From the sequence record NC_048674.1: DNA of 64,000 nucleotides, one strand, 5' to 3'. Both the position numbers and the translations under genes were made by a program. Under the pieces are notes generated by a model. It made no database searches and had not been told where the DNA came from. It worked only from the letters and a program-made list of their open reading frames with translations. Positions 63,315 through 64,000 of this stretch are shown one piece after another. The number at the start of each line of letters is the position of its first letter. The first letter of the stretch is position 1.

Positions 63315-64000
63315 ATTTTAAGTCACTTACCTTTAGAATCCGACCATTTCTGGATTCTTGAAGTTCAACTTCTCCATATTCATCAAACGCTTTAACTATG
63401 GTTTCTATTTCGTCTTTATATTTCAGAGAACTATAGTCTGTAAACCAAGATGGATTTTTCTTTATTTCGTCAATAACCCAGTACCCAATCCAAGTAAAGC
63501 TAGTTCCTCTATACTCAAGAGGGATAACTTTCCATAAAGACTCAAGAACCTTCGTAATAACGGTTAGGTCAACCATTCTAGTCGAAATCATTTGCCCAGA
63601 AGTAGTTTTATCCATAAGAGTCGTTTCGACCAGATAATTACCAGAGTCCGCAACAACGACGTTGCTTTTTGTTAATACCGCAGAAGTTGCACCGGATACG
63701 TTAATGGGTCCTTTCTTCCATTGATATTTGATCGTAAAATCAGACTTGTTATCACCAGCGGTATCAGGGGTAAATTTAACGACTGCTGTCATAGTAGACG
63801 AAAAACCATCACCTTCCTCAAGGGTAATGGTCTGTAGTGGTTGTGGTGTAAGGTCCAATTCAGCCATACCGATCTCAAAAACAGTGTCTGTGTCGGTAGT
63901 ATCTACCGTTGCAGTTACTGTATAAGTGGCAACATCAGAAGCACCGAAAGAACTAAGAATAAGGTCTTTTTCTGTTTTACCGGAAATGACGGTAGATCCC
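63313..64000 (-). CDS. hoc: Head outer capsid protein Hoc (Ig-like domains), 3' part
   Basis: Ig-like YQWKKG...SGATSAVL...DSGNY, and C-terminal FTWIGYWVIDEI...EVELQESRNG. The frame stays open to the window edge (GSTVISGKTEKDLIL...), so the real start is upstream. Confidence 0.85.
   Translation of the reverse strand, partial: GSTVISGKTEKDLILSSFGASDVATYTVTATVDTTDTDTVFEIGMAELDLTPQPLQTITLEEGDGFSSTMTAVVKFTPDTAGDNKSDFTIKYQWKKGPINVSGATSAVLTKSNVVVADSGNYLVETTLMDKTTSGQMISTRMVDLTVITKVLESLWKVIPLEYRGTSFTWIGYWVIDEIKKNPSWFTDYSSLKYKDEIETIVKAFDEYGEVELQESRNGRILKVSDLK

Noticed and set aside
5700-63500. Shared W..DW/E...ESRN C-terminal domain in Inh and Hoc
   Set aside because: The similarity is real, but T4 Inh and Hoc show the same one, so it is not novel.
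1-64000. tRNA genes, common in T4-like accessory regions
   Set aside because: No cloverleaf with a T-loop GTTCRA and CCA end was recognised by eye. A tRNAscan or ARAGORN run would confirm this.

Overview
A 64-kb segment of a T4-like (Straboviridae-type) lytic phage genome. It is most consistent with the Aeromonas Aeh1/65-like lineage, because late promoters read CTAAATA and asiA is present with no motA between gene 52 and asiA. Recognisable core genes are uvsW (partial, scrambled by assembly), rnlB (RNA ligase 2), inh, ndd, gene 52, asiA, i- and o-spanins, a 1316-aa gp36-type distal tail fibre, lysozyme e, tk and hoc (partial). Most of the window (about 1.2-56 kb) is a + strand accessory region of more than 100 small early ORFs driven by many sigma70-type promoters, and these promoters are often embedded in hairpins or near-identical cassettes. 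The most notable observations are: (1) a duplicated non-coding element, a 34-bp AT-rich box followed by a GNA-mini-hairpin cluster that is inverted in the second copy; (2) an expanded family of at least 11 'MKIRFK' paralogs; (3) three paralogous CxxC lipoproteins and a secreted LprI-like lysozyme-inhibitor protein; (4) nucleotide and DNA-modifying enzymes (Mom-like, macrodomain, Arr-like ADP-ribosyltransferase, N6-adenine MTase, MazG fusion, CYTH); (5) a hairpin that hides the spanin RBS with the late promoter in its loop. No tRNA, rRNA, CRISPR array, integrase or reverse transcriptase was recognised. Many Ns indicate a consensus or draft assembly. All protein family assignments come from motif recognition by eye, not from database searches.
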